DNA from: an uncultured Clostridia bacterium
Lineage (GTDB): Bacteria; Bacillota; Clostridia; Christensenellales; CAG-917
Assembly (NCBI GenBank): GCA_947305865.1
Contig: CAMZEU010000002.1
Coordinates: 1,019 to 65,018 of the forward strand
Length of the DNA stretch: 64,000 nt
Direction of reading: 5' to 3'
Shown: piece after piece, positions 55,002-63,941 of the stretch
How the letters are laid out: each line of letters opens with the position of its first letter
Numbering within the stretch: position 1 is the stretch's first letter
Notes under the pieces: model-generated
Told to the model about the DNA's origin: nothing
What the model saw: only the letters and a program-made list of their open reading frames with translations
The model's database searches: none
Position numbers and translations under genes: made by a program

Positions 55002-56078
55002 ATGGATATAGGTTTTTCTACAACTGCAATAAGTGTTTTATTATTAGTTGCTATGGCAATACCTGGCTTTATAGTTGTTAAAGCCAAGATAGTTAAACCA
55101 GCAGCTATTTCTGCTTTTGCAGCTGTGCTCCTATATATCTCACAACCATTCTTATCCTTTAGATCATTTTTACAAGTTGAATACACAAAAGAGATAGCAA
55201 TTAATCTTGCAATAGTGTTTGCTGCATCCTTAGTTTTTCAAGGTGTTTTGTTCTTAATTTTATGGTTAATTTTTAGAACAAAATTTGACGATATTATTGA
55301 AACAGAAAGATTTAAAGCAGACGGATATTTTGATGGTGCATCTGATACATTTATAAATTACAAAGATATGCCAGATGATGTCAAAAAGAGTGCAAGAGGA
55401 AGAGCATATCGTATTATGGTTTTAACAAGTACTTTTGGCAATGTTGGATTCTTCGGCGTACCTGTTCTTCAAGTTATCTTTACAGACTCTACAATAGCCG
55501 CTACAGCCATTGCATATTCCGCAGTGTATATTGTTTCAATGAACCTTATGTTCTGGACTGTGGGCGCTTATACACTTACAGGGGACAAGAAGTATATGTC
55601 TGTGAAAAAAGCTATTCTAAACCCACAAATGATAACTGTAATCATAGCGTTGCCACTATTTTTCGGTGGTATAACTATGAGTGATATAACATCATGTCCT
55701 GTGCCACAAATAGCAAATGTTATTAACTATCTCGCAGACATGACAGCACCTCTTTGTATGATTATTTTGGGTATGAGATTTGCACTTGCTCCAATTAAGG
55801 ATTTATTCACAAATTGGAAGACTTATATATCTACAATTATTAAGTTAATCATATTTCCAATAGTAGTTTGGGCAATACTTCTTCCTATACCAATTGACCA
55901 TCTTATGAAGGTGGTTTTAATAATACTTTCTGGTATGCCTTCTGCATCATTTAATTTGAACCTTGCAGAGATATTTAATGCGGACCAAAAGAACGCTGCA
56001 AATGCCATTTTATTATCTACAATTTTCAGTATTTTAACGATTCCAGCAATAGTTGCTTTGACCAATGTTACTCTATAA
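55002..56078 (+). CDS. AEC (auxin efflux carrier) family transporter
   Basis: About 10 TM helices with a central hydrophilic loop. N-terminus FSTTAISVLLLVAMAIPGFIVVKAKIV and C-terminal ...LSGMPSASFNLNLAEIF... fit the Mem_trans/AEC layout. ATG 55002 is preferred over GTG 54990. Confidence 0.7.
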   Translation: MDIGFSTTAISVLLLVAMAIPGFIVVKAKIVKPAAISAFAAVLLYISQPFLSFRSFLQVEYTKEIAINLAIVFAASLVFQGVLFLILWLIFRTKFDDIIETERFKADGYFDGASDTFINYKDMPDDVKKSARGRAYRIMVLTSTFGNVGFFGVPVLQVIFTDSTIAATAIAYSAVYIVSMNLMFWTVGAYTLTGDKKYMSVKKAILNPQMITVIIALPLFFGGITMSDITSCPVPQIANVINYLADMTAPLCMIILGMRFALAPIKDLFTNWKTYISTIIKLIIFPIVVWAILLPIPIDHLMKVVLIILSGMPSASFNLNLAEIFNADQKNAANAILLSTIFSILTIPAIVALTNVTL

Positions 56079-56158
56079 TAAATAAACAATTGTGAAATTG
56101 TTTAGCAAGTGGTATAATATATGCTGACAAATCATATATTATTAAGGAGAAACATATT

Positions 56159-57280
56159 ATGGGTTTTTTAAAAAAACAACTATTAAAAGTTATTTCATGG
56201 GAAGACCAATCAACAAACACATTAGTTTACAAATTCCAATGTGATGACCGTTATGCAATTATGAAGGGCTCGCAACTTATAGTTAGACCTTCACAAGCAG
56301 CTATCTTCGTATATCAAGGTAGCATCTGTGATGTTTTCACAGAAGGTATCTACAAGTTAGATGAAGGTTCAACACCTATTCTTACAAAAATTGCAAACTG
56401 GAAATACGCATTTGAGAATCCAAAGCAAACAGATGTATATTATGTAAACCTCAAGAGATTCACACAAATGAAGTGGGGTACACCAAATCCAATTATGATG
56501 AGAGATAAAGACTTTGGTGTTATTCGTATTAGTGGACATGGTGAGTATTCATTCCACGTATCCAACCCAGCACTCTTCATGAGAGAATTATTTGGAACAA
56601 TTAAGTCATTCAAGACTGAAGATATCCAAGAACACTTAAAGAGCATCGTATTAGCAGAATTAACAGACCTCATGGGCGAATGTCAAATTCCAGCTCTTGA
56701 TTTAGCTGCTAACTATACAGAACTCGGTGATACAGCAAAGGCAAATGCTTCTAAGAGATTCATGGAAATCGGTTTAGATATCGATTCAATCTTAATTAGA
56801 AACCTCAAATTACCACAATCTGTTGAAGAAGCAATGGATAAGAGAACATCTCTTGGTGTAATGACTCCAGTTGTAGACACATATGCAAAGATGGAAGCAG
56901 TAGCAGCAATGAGAGATGCAGCAAAGAATCCAGGAATGAGTGGTGGCTTTGCAAATATGGGAATTGGACTTGGCGTAGGACAAGCTGTTGGACAAACATA
57001 CAAAGAAGCAATGGCACCAACACCAACAAAGGTTAAATGTCCAAAGTGCGGAGCATTAATGGATGAAAAGGCAAAGTTCTGTCCAGAATGTGGTGAGCCA
57101 GCACCTGTTGCAGGTGGAGAAGCACAAGAAAAATGTCCAAACTGTGGTCATATGGTAAAAGCTGGAGCAAAGTTCTGTCCAGAATGTGGACAACCAATGC
57201 AAGCAGTATGCCCTAAGTGTGGAAAGGTATTAAAAGCAGGAACAAAATTCTGCCCAGAATGTGGCGCAAAAATTAAATAA
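56159..57280 (+). CDS. SPFH-domain protein of the YdjI type with three C-terminal double zinc ribbons
   Basis: N-terminus LKVISWEDQSTNTLVYKF...IMKGSQLIVRPSQAAIFVYQG...VYYVNLKRFTQMKWGTPNPIMMRD matches the YdjI / 'virion core protein'-annotated SPFH family. The C-terminus has CPKCGALMDEKAKFCPECG, CPNCGHMVKAGAKFCPECG and CPKCGKVLKAGTKFCPECG. Confidence 0.75.
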   Translation: MGFLKKQLLKVISWEDQSTNTLVYKFQCDDRYAIMKGSQLIVRPSQAAIFVYQGSICDVFTEGIYKLDEGSTPILTKIANWKYAFENPKQTDVYYVNLKRFTQMKWGTPNPIMMRDKDFGVIRISGHGEYSFHVSNPALFMRELFGTIKSFKTEDIQEHLKSIVLAELTDLMGECQIPALDLAANYTELGDTAKANASKRFMEIGLDIDSILIRNLKLPQSVEEAMDKRTSLGVMTPVVDTYAKMEAVAAMRDAAKNPGMSGGFANMGIGLGVGQAVGQTYKEAMAPTPTKVKCPKCGALMDEKAKFCPECGEPAPVAGGEAQEKCPNCGHMVKAGAKFCPECGQPMQAVCPKCGKVLKAGTKFCPECGAKIK

Positions 57281-57285
57281 TTAAT

Positions 57286-58374
57286 ATGGAAGAAGATTTT
57301 GTAGCAGAACAAGGGAAGACTTCGATAAGTAAATGTACCAACTGTGGTGCAGATATGGTATTTAGCCCAAAGAGAGGTTCATTAGTTTGTCCTTTCTGTG
57401 ATTCAGAAAAAGCAATTAAAGTTGCTACACCTAGTTTCAGAGATTTCTTCTCATCTGCATCTGGCGGATTTGTTGAAACAGGTAAGGCAGGATATCGTTG
57501 TCCAAACTGTGATGGACTTGTAAAGGTTGAAGGTTTTTCAACATCTATGACATGTCCTTACTGTGGCGCAACCAATGTTATTAATTTGAGTGAATTCAAA
57601 GGACTCAAGCCAGATGGACTTTTACCATTTACAGTTTCTCAAGAAGAAGCCATAGAGTGTGGAAGAAAGTGGATTAAGAAAAAGATCTTTGCTCCAAGCA
57701 AAGCTAAAAAAATGTTTTCTCCTAACGAAATGAATGGATTATATGTTCCTTCATTTATATTCAATTCTGACACCACTTCCAAATACGAAGGCCGTTTCGG
57801 AGAAGAGTATCAAGTAGAAGTTAAGAAGGGTGATCAAATCGTAACTGAAACTAGAGTACGTTGGTATCATGTATCTGGCACATGGAATAGAGACTTTAGA
57901 GACATTGTTGTTGAGGCTTGTTCAAAGACAACTCAAAGACAAATGAATGGTATTTTACCATACGATTTACAAAACGCTGTAAATTATGATAAAGCATTCC
58001 TTGCTGGATTCAGTTCAGAAAGATATGATACATCCATAACTGATTCTTGTAATACTGCAAAAGATTCAATGCAACAAACAATTAGAAATGAAATTATAAG
58101 ACACCATAATCCAGATAGAGTGGACTATCTTAATGTTACAACAACATACAAGAAAATAGAGTATGAGTATTTACTTTTACCAGTTTGGCAATCTGAATAT
58201 CCATACAAGAAGAAGATTTACAACTTCATGGTTAATGGAAGAACAGGAAAGTCTACAGGAAAGGCCCCAGTATCTCCATTAAGAGTATTGTTCTTAGTAT
58301 TAGGAATAGTTGCTGTAGTTGGAGCAATTGTTGGTGCAATAATTTATTCATATATTACTAGTGGAGGTGTTTAA
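57286..58374 (+). CDS. YdjG-like zinc-ribbon protein with a C-terminal TM anchor
   Basis: CTNCGADMVFSPKRGSLVCPFCDS and CPNCDGLVKVEGFSTSMTCPYCGA (two ribbons). Conserved LLPVWQSEYPYKKKIYNFMVNGRTGKSTGKAP block. TM helix LFLVLGIVAVVGAIVGAIIY. Confidence 0.65.
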   Translation: MEEDFVAEQGKTSISKCTNCGADMVFSPKRGSLVCPFCDSEKAIKVATPSFRDFFSSASGGFVETGKAGYRCPNCDGLVKVEGFSTSMTCPYCGATNVINLSEFKGLKPDGLLPFTVSQEEAIECGRKWIKKKIFAPSKAKKMFSPNEMNGLYVPSFIFNSDTTSKYEGRFGEEYQVEVKKGDQIVTETRVRWYHVSGTWNRDFRDIVVEACSKTTQRQMNGILPYDLQNAVNYDKAFLAGFSSERYDTSITDSCNTAKDSMQQTIRNEIIRHHNPDRVDYLNVTTTYKKIEYEYLLLPVWQSEYPYKKKIYNFMVNGRTGKSTGKAPVSPLRVLFLVLGIVAVVGAIVGAIIYSYITSGGV

Positions 58375-58375
58375 A

Positions 58376-58579
58376 ATGGTCACAAAGGATACTTTGATAA
58401 TAGACGTATTACATATGGGAGATGTACAAACTCTCGCAGGAATATTTATGTCTAATGGCATGGGATGTTTAGGATGTGCAATGGCACATGGTGAAACAGT
58501 CGGGGAAGCATGTCAAGTACACGGTATTGATGCAGACGCATTAATTGAAGAATTAAATAAGGCAATAGCAAATGGGTAA
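58376..58579 (+). CDS. DUF1858-type small redox-disulfide domain protein
   Basis: 67 aa. MVTKDTLIIDVL...LAGIFMSNGMGCLGCAMAHGETVGEACQVHGIDADALIEELN matches the hybrid-cluster-protein-associated disulfide domain pattern. ATG 58376 follows GGAGG. Confidence 0.65.
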   Translation: MVTKDTLIIDVLHMGDVQTLAGIFMSNGMGCLGCAMAHGETVGEACQVHGIDADALIEELNKAIANG

Positions 58580-59132
58580 TAACGATACATCAATTAAAGC
58601 AATATCTGAAAGATTAGTTGAATTAAGAACTTTTTCAGATTATACAACCAAACAAATGGCAGACTTGCTCAAAATAGAGGAGTCTGTTTACATTAGATAT
58701 GAGCAAGGAACAGATGAAGTTCCTATTAATATCATTTACAAAATTGCTTCTTTATTAGAAACAGAGCCAAGTTACATACTTAATGGATTAATGCCTGATA
58801 ATGATGAAGCTGTTCAAGTTTATGATGGCAAGGGTTTATCTATCAAGAGATATGAAGGATATGCTTTCTCATCACTTGCAGCAAACTTCAAGAACAAGGT
58901 TATGAATCCAATGCTTGTTACTATGTCTCCAACAGATTCTCCAGAATTAGTTGTACATGGTGGACAAGAGTTCAACTATGTATTAGAAGGCGAATTAAGA
59001 GTTATAGTAGGTGGAAAAGATTACTATTTAAGAGCAGGAGACAGTTTATACTTCAATCCTTCTTTGCCACATGCTCAACTCCCAATGAACAATAAACCAG
59101 CAAAATTTTTAACAGTTATTACAGAGTTATAA
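58572..59132 (+). CDS. XRE-family HTH plus cupin domain transcriptional regulator
   Basis: N-terminal HTH (ISERLVELRTFSDYTTKQMADLLKIEESVYIRYEQG) and C-terminal cupin (HGGQEFNYVLEGELRVIVGGKDYYLRAGDSLYFNPSLPH). 8-nt overlap with the upstream gene. Confidence 0.8.
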   Translation: MGNNDTSIKAISERLVELRTFSDYTTKQMADLLKIEESVYIRYEQGTDEVPINIIYKIASLLETEPSYILNGLMPDNDEAVQVYDGKGLSIKRYEGYAFSSLAANFKNKVMNPMLVTMSPTDSPELVVHGGQEFNYVLEGELRVIVGGKDYYLRAGDSLYFNPSLPHAQLPMNNKPAKFLTVITEL

Positions 59133-59147
59133 GAGGAAAGACAAAAA

Positions 59148-61103
59148 ATGTCAAAAAAGTATTACATTACTACACCTATATATTACGCAAGTGGTGATTT
59201 GCATATAGGTCATTGTTATACAACAGTTATTTGTGATGCCATTTCTCGTTTCAAGAGAATGAATGGTTATGATGTTTTCTATTTAACAGGAACAGATGAG
59301 CATGGCCAAAAGGTAGAACAAAAAGCTATACAAGCAGGAAAGACTCCAAAGCAATATGTCGATGATGTTGTCTCAAAGATTAAAGACCTTTGGAAGCTTT
59401 TAGATATTCAATACGACAAGTTTATTAGAACCACAGACGATTACCATGAAAAGACAGTCCAAAAGATTATGGAAAAGCTTTTGGCAAACGGAGATCTTTA
59501 TAAGGATGCTTATGAAGGTTGGTATTGCACTCCATGTGAAAGTTTCTGGACAGAATCCCAATTAAAAGATGGAAAGTGCCCAGATTGTGGCAGAGAAGTT
59601 AAGTTAATGAAAGAGGAAAGTTATTTCTTCCGTCTTTCTAAATATCAAGATAGACTTGTTAAATACTATGAAGAAAATCCAGAGTTTATTTCTCCTAAGA
59701 GCAGAATGAATGAAATGATAAACAACTTCATCAAACCAGGTCTTAAAGACTTATGTGTATCCCGTACATCATTTAAGTGGGGAATTCCTCTTACTTTTGA
59801 TGACAAGCATGTTGTTTATGTTTGGGTAGATGCATTATCCAACTACATAACCGCATTAGGATATTTACAAGACAATGATGAGAACTTCAAGAAATATTGG
59901 CCAGCAGACTTACACATGGTTGGAAAGGAAATCGTAAGATTCCATACAATTATTTGGCCAGCGTTATTAATGGCATTAGATTTACCACTTCCAAAGCAAG
60001 TTTACGGACATGGATGGTTACTTCTTGGTGGAGATAAAATGTCTAAATCTAAGACAAACGTTGTAGATCCACATTTCTTAGTAGATAGATATGGCATTGA
60101 TGCAATGAGATACTATTTATTAAGAGAAATACCATTTGGTTCAGATGGCACATATACAAACGAAATGCTCATTAAGAGAATCAATATGGACCTTGCAAAC
60201 ATTTATGGCAACTTGGTTCATAGAACTCTTGCAATGCTTGAAAAGTATTATGGTGGAGTTATTCCAGCGCCAGGTGCTTCAACAGAATTAGATGAAGAAT
60301 GCAAAGCAATGTGTGAAAAGCTCTTAGATAAGTGTATAGAAGATATGGATAAATTAGATGCACCAAGAGCATTAAGCAATATTATGGATGTTTTAGCAAG
60401 AGCTAATAAGTATATTGAAGAAACATCTCCTTGGACATTAGACAAGAATGGAGATAGAGAAAGACTTGGAACAGTAATGTACAATCTTTGTGAAATGATA
60501 AGAGTTGCAAACGTAATGTTACAACCATACATCACAGAGTCTCCAAAGAAAGTCTTTGAAGCATTTGGAACACCAGCAGACAAGCAAACATTTGAATCTG
60601 TTGTTAAGTTTGGTGGCACAATTCCTAATACACAAACAACAAAGATGGCTCCATTATTTGGAAGAATAGATGAAGCAAAAGAAATAGAATTCCTTAACAA
60701 GTATTCAGAAGATCTTGCAAAGAAAGCAGAGAAGAAGGAAGAAAAGAAGATGGAACAACCAGAAAATACAGTAAACATTAATGAAATCACAATAGATCAA
60801 TTCATGACAATCAAGCTTAAGGTTGGAGAAATCTTAACAGCAGAGAAGGTTGAGAATGCAGATAAGTTATTAAAGTTCTCTGTTAAAGTTGGTGAAGAAA
60901 CAAGAACAATAGTTAGTGGAATTGCAAAGTATTACACACCAGAGGAATTAATTGGCCAACAAGTTGTAGTAGTTGCAAACCTTAAACCAGCCAAATTAAG
61001 AGGAATTGAAAGCCAAGGAATGCTTCTTTGTGCATGTAATGATGAAGATATTGTTCTTGTCGCTCCTATTAAGAGAGTAAAAGACGGATCTGAGGTTAGA
61101 TAA
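59148..61103 (+). CDS. metG: methionine--tRNA ligase with a C-terminal tRNA-binding (Trbp111/EMAP-like) domain
   Basis: HIGH-type motif GDLHIGHCYT, KMSKS motif DKMSKSK, Zn knuckle CTPCE...CPDCG, and C-terminal LKVGEILTAEKVENADKLLKFSV...SQGMLL. Confidence 0.95.
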   Translation: MSKKYYITTPIYYASGDLHIGHCYTTVICDAISRFKRMNGYDVFYLTGTDEHGQKVEQKAIQAGKTPKQYVDDVVSKIKDLWKLLDIQYDKFIRTTDDYHEKTVQKIMEKLLANGDLYKDAYEGWYCTPCESFWTESQLKDGKCPDCGREVKLMKEESYFFRLSKYQDRLVKYYEENPEFISPKSRMNEMINNFIKPGLKDLCVSRTSFKWGIPLTFDDKHVVYVWVDALSNYITALGYLQDNDENFKKYWPADLHMVGKEIVRFHTIIWPALLMALDLPLPKQVYGHGWLLLGGDKMSKSKTNVVDPHFLVDRYGIDAMRYYLLREIPFGSDGTYTNEMLIKRINMDLANIYGNLVHRTLAMLEKYYGGVIPAPGASTELDEECKAMCEKLLDKCIEDMDKLDAPRALSNIMDVLARANKYIEETSPWTLDKNGDRERLGTVMYNLCEMIRVANVMLQPYITESPKKVFEAFGTPADKQTFESVVKFGGTIPNTQTTKMAPLFGRIDEAKEIEFLNKYSEDLAKKAEKKEEKKMEQPENTVNINEITIDQFMTIKLKVGEILTAEKVENADKLLKFSVKVGEETRTIVSGIAKYYTPEELIGQQVVVVANLKPAKLRGIESQGMLLCACNDEDIVLVAPIKRVKDGSEVR

Positions 61104-61891
61104 TGATAATAGATACACACTGTCATCTAAATGATGAAACTCTTATTCCAGAGGCAGAAAGAATAGTATCTGAAATGAGAGAAAACGGAATCGAGGCCCT
61201 AATTAATGTGGCCTTTGATTTTAAGTCATCAGTGTCATCGGTAGAATTCGCAAGCAAACATGAAGGTGTTTACGCAACAGTAGGGATTCATCCAGATGCA
61301 TCTTTTACAGATTGTGTTATGGAAAACTATGAAAAGATGGCAGAGTTATCTAGAAATAAAAAGGTTGTTGCTTGGGGAGAGATAGGATTGGATTATTACA
61401 GACTAGATGATCCTAAAACTCCTGTAAAAGCAATACAAAAAGGTGCATTCATAGAACAAATAGAGCTTGCATCTATGTGTGGATTGCCAATAGCTATTCA
61501 TATGAGAGATTCTATAGAGGATACAATGACTATTCTCAAAGAGAATGCAATGATGCTTAATAATGGTTTTGTTCTTCATTGTTATTCTGGGCCAAAGGAA
61601 CTTGTAAAAGAGTTTGCAGATATGGGAGCATATTTTTCATTTGGTGGCGCAATAACATTTAAGAATGCAAGAAGAAATATAGAGTCTTTATTAGAAGTTC
61701 CATCAGATAGACTTTTATTAGAGACAGATTGCCCATATATGGCTCCAGTTCCACATAGAGGAGAAATAAATGAGCCAAAGTATATCTCATTAGTTGCCCA
61801 AAAAGCAGCAGAGATAAAGGGTGTTTCAGTTCAAGAAATAATAGATATAACAACAAATAATGCAAAAGCGTTATTTACGAGGATTAAGTAA
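61103..61891 (+). CDS. tatD: TatD family metal-dependent hydrolase (DNase)
   Basis: MIIDTHCHLND..., GEIGLDYY, IAIHMRD, VLHCYSG, LLLETDCPYMAP. TAATG overlap with metG. Confidence 0.9.
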   Translation: MIIDTHCHLNDETLIPEAERIVSEMRENGIEALINVAFDFKSSVSSVEFASKHEGVYATVGIHPDASFTDCVMENYEKMAELSRNKKVVAWGEIGLDYYRLDDPKTPVKAIQKGAFIEQIELASMCGLPIAIHMRDSIEDTMTILKENAMMLNNGFVLHCYSGPKELVKEFADMGAYFSFGGAITFKNARRNIESLLEVPSDRLLLETDCPYMAPVPHRGEINEPKYISLVAQKAAEIKGVSVQEIIDITTNNAKALFTRIK

Positions 61892-61892
61892 T

Positions 61893-62504
61893 ATGAAAAA
61901 TTTTGTATATGAATTTGAGGGAAGTTTATATATAAACCTTACAAACAAGTGCTCCAACAATTGTGAGTTCTGTATTAGAAACTTCATGGACGGAGTAGGG
62001 GAAGACAACTTGTGGTTGGATTTAGAACCAACATATGAGCAAGTAATAGAGGACTTGTCTTTATTCCCATTAAAGAAATATAAAGAAATCGTTTTCTGTG
62101 GCTTTGGTGAGCCTACATTTAGATTATCTATATTAGTCCAAGTTGCATCTTATCTTAAGAGAAAAGGATTTAAGACAAGATTAAACACAAACGGACAATG
62201 TGATTTAATTAATAAGAGAAATGATTCTGCAAAGATATTGGCAAAGTGTATAGATCATATTTCAATTTCATTGAATGCTTCAAACAAAGAATTTTATGAT
62301 GAAATTTGCAGACCACTTCCACAATACAAAGACAATGCATATGCAGCAGTTTTACAATTTATTAAAGACTGTGTGGCAGAAGGAATGTATGTCACTTGTT
62401 CTGTTGTAGACTTTATCGGAGAAGAAGAGGTAGAGGCTTGCAGACAGCTTACAGAGAGTTTAGGAGCTCATTTTAGAGCAAGAGAAACAATAAACGCAGA
62501 ATAA
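61893..62504 (+). CDS. TatD-associated radical SAM protein
   Basis: MKNFVYEFEGSLYINLTNKCSNNCEFCIRNF (CxxxCxxC) and GFGEPT. The position directly after tatD matches the TatD-family-associated rSAM family. ATG 61893 is preferred over the in-tatD start at 61860. Confidence 0.75.
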   Translation: MKNFVYEFEGSLYINLTNKCSNNCEFCIRNFMDGVGEDNLWLDLEPTYEQVIEDLSLFPLKKYKEIVFCGFGEPTFRLSILVQVASYLKRKGFKTRLNTNGQCDLINKRNDSAKILAKCIDHISISLNASNKEFYDEICRPLPQYKDNAYAAVLQFIKDCVAEGMYVTCSVVDFIGEEEVEACRQLTESLGAHFRARETINAE

Positions 62505-62505
62505 T

Positions 62506-63336
62506 ATGAAAAACTATAATCTTGGTGATGTATTACATCAAACATCTTTCTACACAAATAAAGCTTTAGGACAAAACTTTATTAGTGATACCAATTTGTT
62601 AACTGCAATAGTAACAGATGCTGGAATTGAGAACGAAGATACTGTTGTAGAGATTGGAACAGGTGCTGGTACATTAACAGGAATTATTGCAGATAAAGCT
62701 AAAAAGGTTTATTCATTTGAAGTAGATAGAAATCTTGAGAAAGTTCTTAATATAACATTAAGTGGCTATGAAAATATAGAAGTTATATTCAAAGATGTAT
62801 TAAGAATGAAAGATGAAGCCGTTACAGAGATTATTGGAGACGGCCACTTTAAGTTGCTTGGTAATTTACCATATTATATTACTACTCCATTATTATTAAG
62901 ATTTATAGATTCAAATTTTAATGTAGATTCCATAACAATAATGGTACAAGAAGAAGTCGCAAGAAGAATAGTTGCAAAAGAGGGAACAGAGGACTATTCA
63001 TCCATCACATTGGCAGTTGCTATGTGGGGAGATGCAACAATTACTAGAAAAGTATCTAGAAACATGTTCTTCCCATCTCCAAATGTAGATAGTGCAGTAG
63101 TAACAATAAAGAGAAATGATTCCAAGATTAAAGGATATGAAAGAAAGAAAATCAATAGATTAGTTAGAGCTTCTTTTGCTATGAGAAGAAAGACACTTGC
63201 AAACAATCTTTCAGCCGCATATCAAATATCAAAAGAGGAAGCAATTGCAAGAATTGAGAAAGCAGGTTTTGATAAAAATATTAGAGGAGAGAAGTTATCT
63301 TTGGATGATTATCTCAGATTAAGTGAAGAATTTTAA
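62506..63336 (+). CDS. rsmA: 16S rRNA (adenine1518/1519-N6)-dimethyltransferase
   Basis: KALGQNFISDTNLLTAIV, VVEIGTGAGTLT (SAM site), LGNLPYYITTPLL, FFPSPNVDSAVV. Confidence 0.95.
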   Translation: MKNYNLGDVLHQTSFYTNKALGQNFISDTNLLTAIVTDAGIENEDTVVEIGTGAGTLTGIIADKAKKVYSFEVDRNLEKVLNITLSGYENIEVIFKDVLRMKDEAVTEIIGDGHFKLLGNLPYYITTPLLLRFIDSNFNVDSITIMVQEEVARRIVAKEGTEDYSSITLAVAMWGDATITRKVSRNMFFPSPNVDSAVVTIKRNDSKIKGYERKKINRLVRASFAMRRKTLANNLSAAYQISKEEAIARIEKAGFDKNIRGEKLSLDDYLRLSEEF

Positions 63337-63353
63337 TCCTATACCTTAATATA

Positions 63354-63413
63354 ATATACGTGCGATACACGTATGACACACGCGAGTACGTGTGCACTAT
63401 ATATTGTGTTTTG
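63354..63413 (+). terminator. long imperfect hairpin plus U-rich tail after rsmA
   Basis: ATATA-c-GTGC-gat-ACACGTA (63354-63373) pairs with TACGTGT-GCAC-TATAT (63387-63402): 16 bp with two bulges. ATTGTGTTTT follows. Confidence 0.5.
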
Positions 63414-63465
63414 AGATTATTTAATAACTATTAATAAAATTATTTATTTTTATATATAAATTCGT

Positions 63466-63494
63466 TTGACTTTAATAATATTAAACAGTAGAAT
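63466..63494 (+). promoter_or_regulatory. promoter of the S10 (rpsJ) ribosomal protein operon
   Basis: TTGACT (63466-63471), 17-nt spacer, TAGAAT (63489-63494). This gives a ~95-nt leader containing two hairpins (GTGC..GCAC 63504-63520; CCGCTG..CAGCGG 63526-63541). Confidence 0.55.
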
Positions 63495-63596
63495 TGAGCC
63501 ACTGTGCTGTAAAAAGGCACAATTTCCGCTGCTTTGACAGCGGGAAAAAAATAGAAAGACACACACGGATAAGTGTTAAAACATAGGAGGCTATAT

Positions 63597-63905
63597 ATGG
63601 CTGGACAAAAAATCAGAATCAAGCTCAAGGCTTATGATCACGAACTCATTGACTCTTCTGCAGAGAAGATAGTTGAAACAGTTAAGGCAACAGGAACAAA
63701 AGTTACTGGACCTATCCCTCTTCCAACTGAGAAAGAGATCATTACCATTTTAAGAGCAACACACAAGTACAAAGACTCTCGTGAACAATTCGAATTAAGA
63801 ACACACAAGCGTCTTATTGACATCTTCAATCCTTCACAAAAAACAATCGAAGCATTAACAAAACTCGATTTGCCAGCAGGTGTAGATGTCTCTATCAAAT
63901 TTTAA
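63597..63905 (+). CDS. rpsJ: 30S ribosomal protein S10
   Basis: [82 protein letters not shown] lies 6 nt upstream of ATG 63597. Confidence 0.97.
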   Translation: MAGQKIRIKLKAYDHELIDSSAEKIVETVKATGTKVTGPIPLPTEKEIITILRATHKYKDSREQFELRTHKRLIDIFNPSQKTIEALTKLDLPAGVDVSIKF

Positions 63906-63941
63906 TTAGCAAATATTATTTATTAGGAGGGTGAACTTTAC

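Noticed and set aside
54953-55186. 77-aa minus-strand ORF overlapping the start of the AEC transporter gene.
   Set aside because: It is antisense to a clear multi-TM transporter ORF and has no SD. It starts within the coding region and ends in the hairpin.
59133-59147. Expected T-box or other leader upstream of metG.
   Set aside because: The intergenic gap is only 15 nt, so metG is simply co-transcribed with the XRE/cupin gene. There is no room for a riboswitch.
23595-63402. The AT/ACGT-rich hairpins at 23595-23626 and 63354-63402 as copies of a dispersed REP-like element.
   Set aside because: They share only short ATATACGT-type strings and overall composition. The arms and loops do not align, and I found no further copies in the window.
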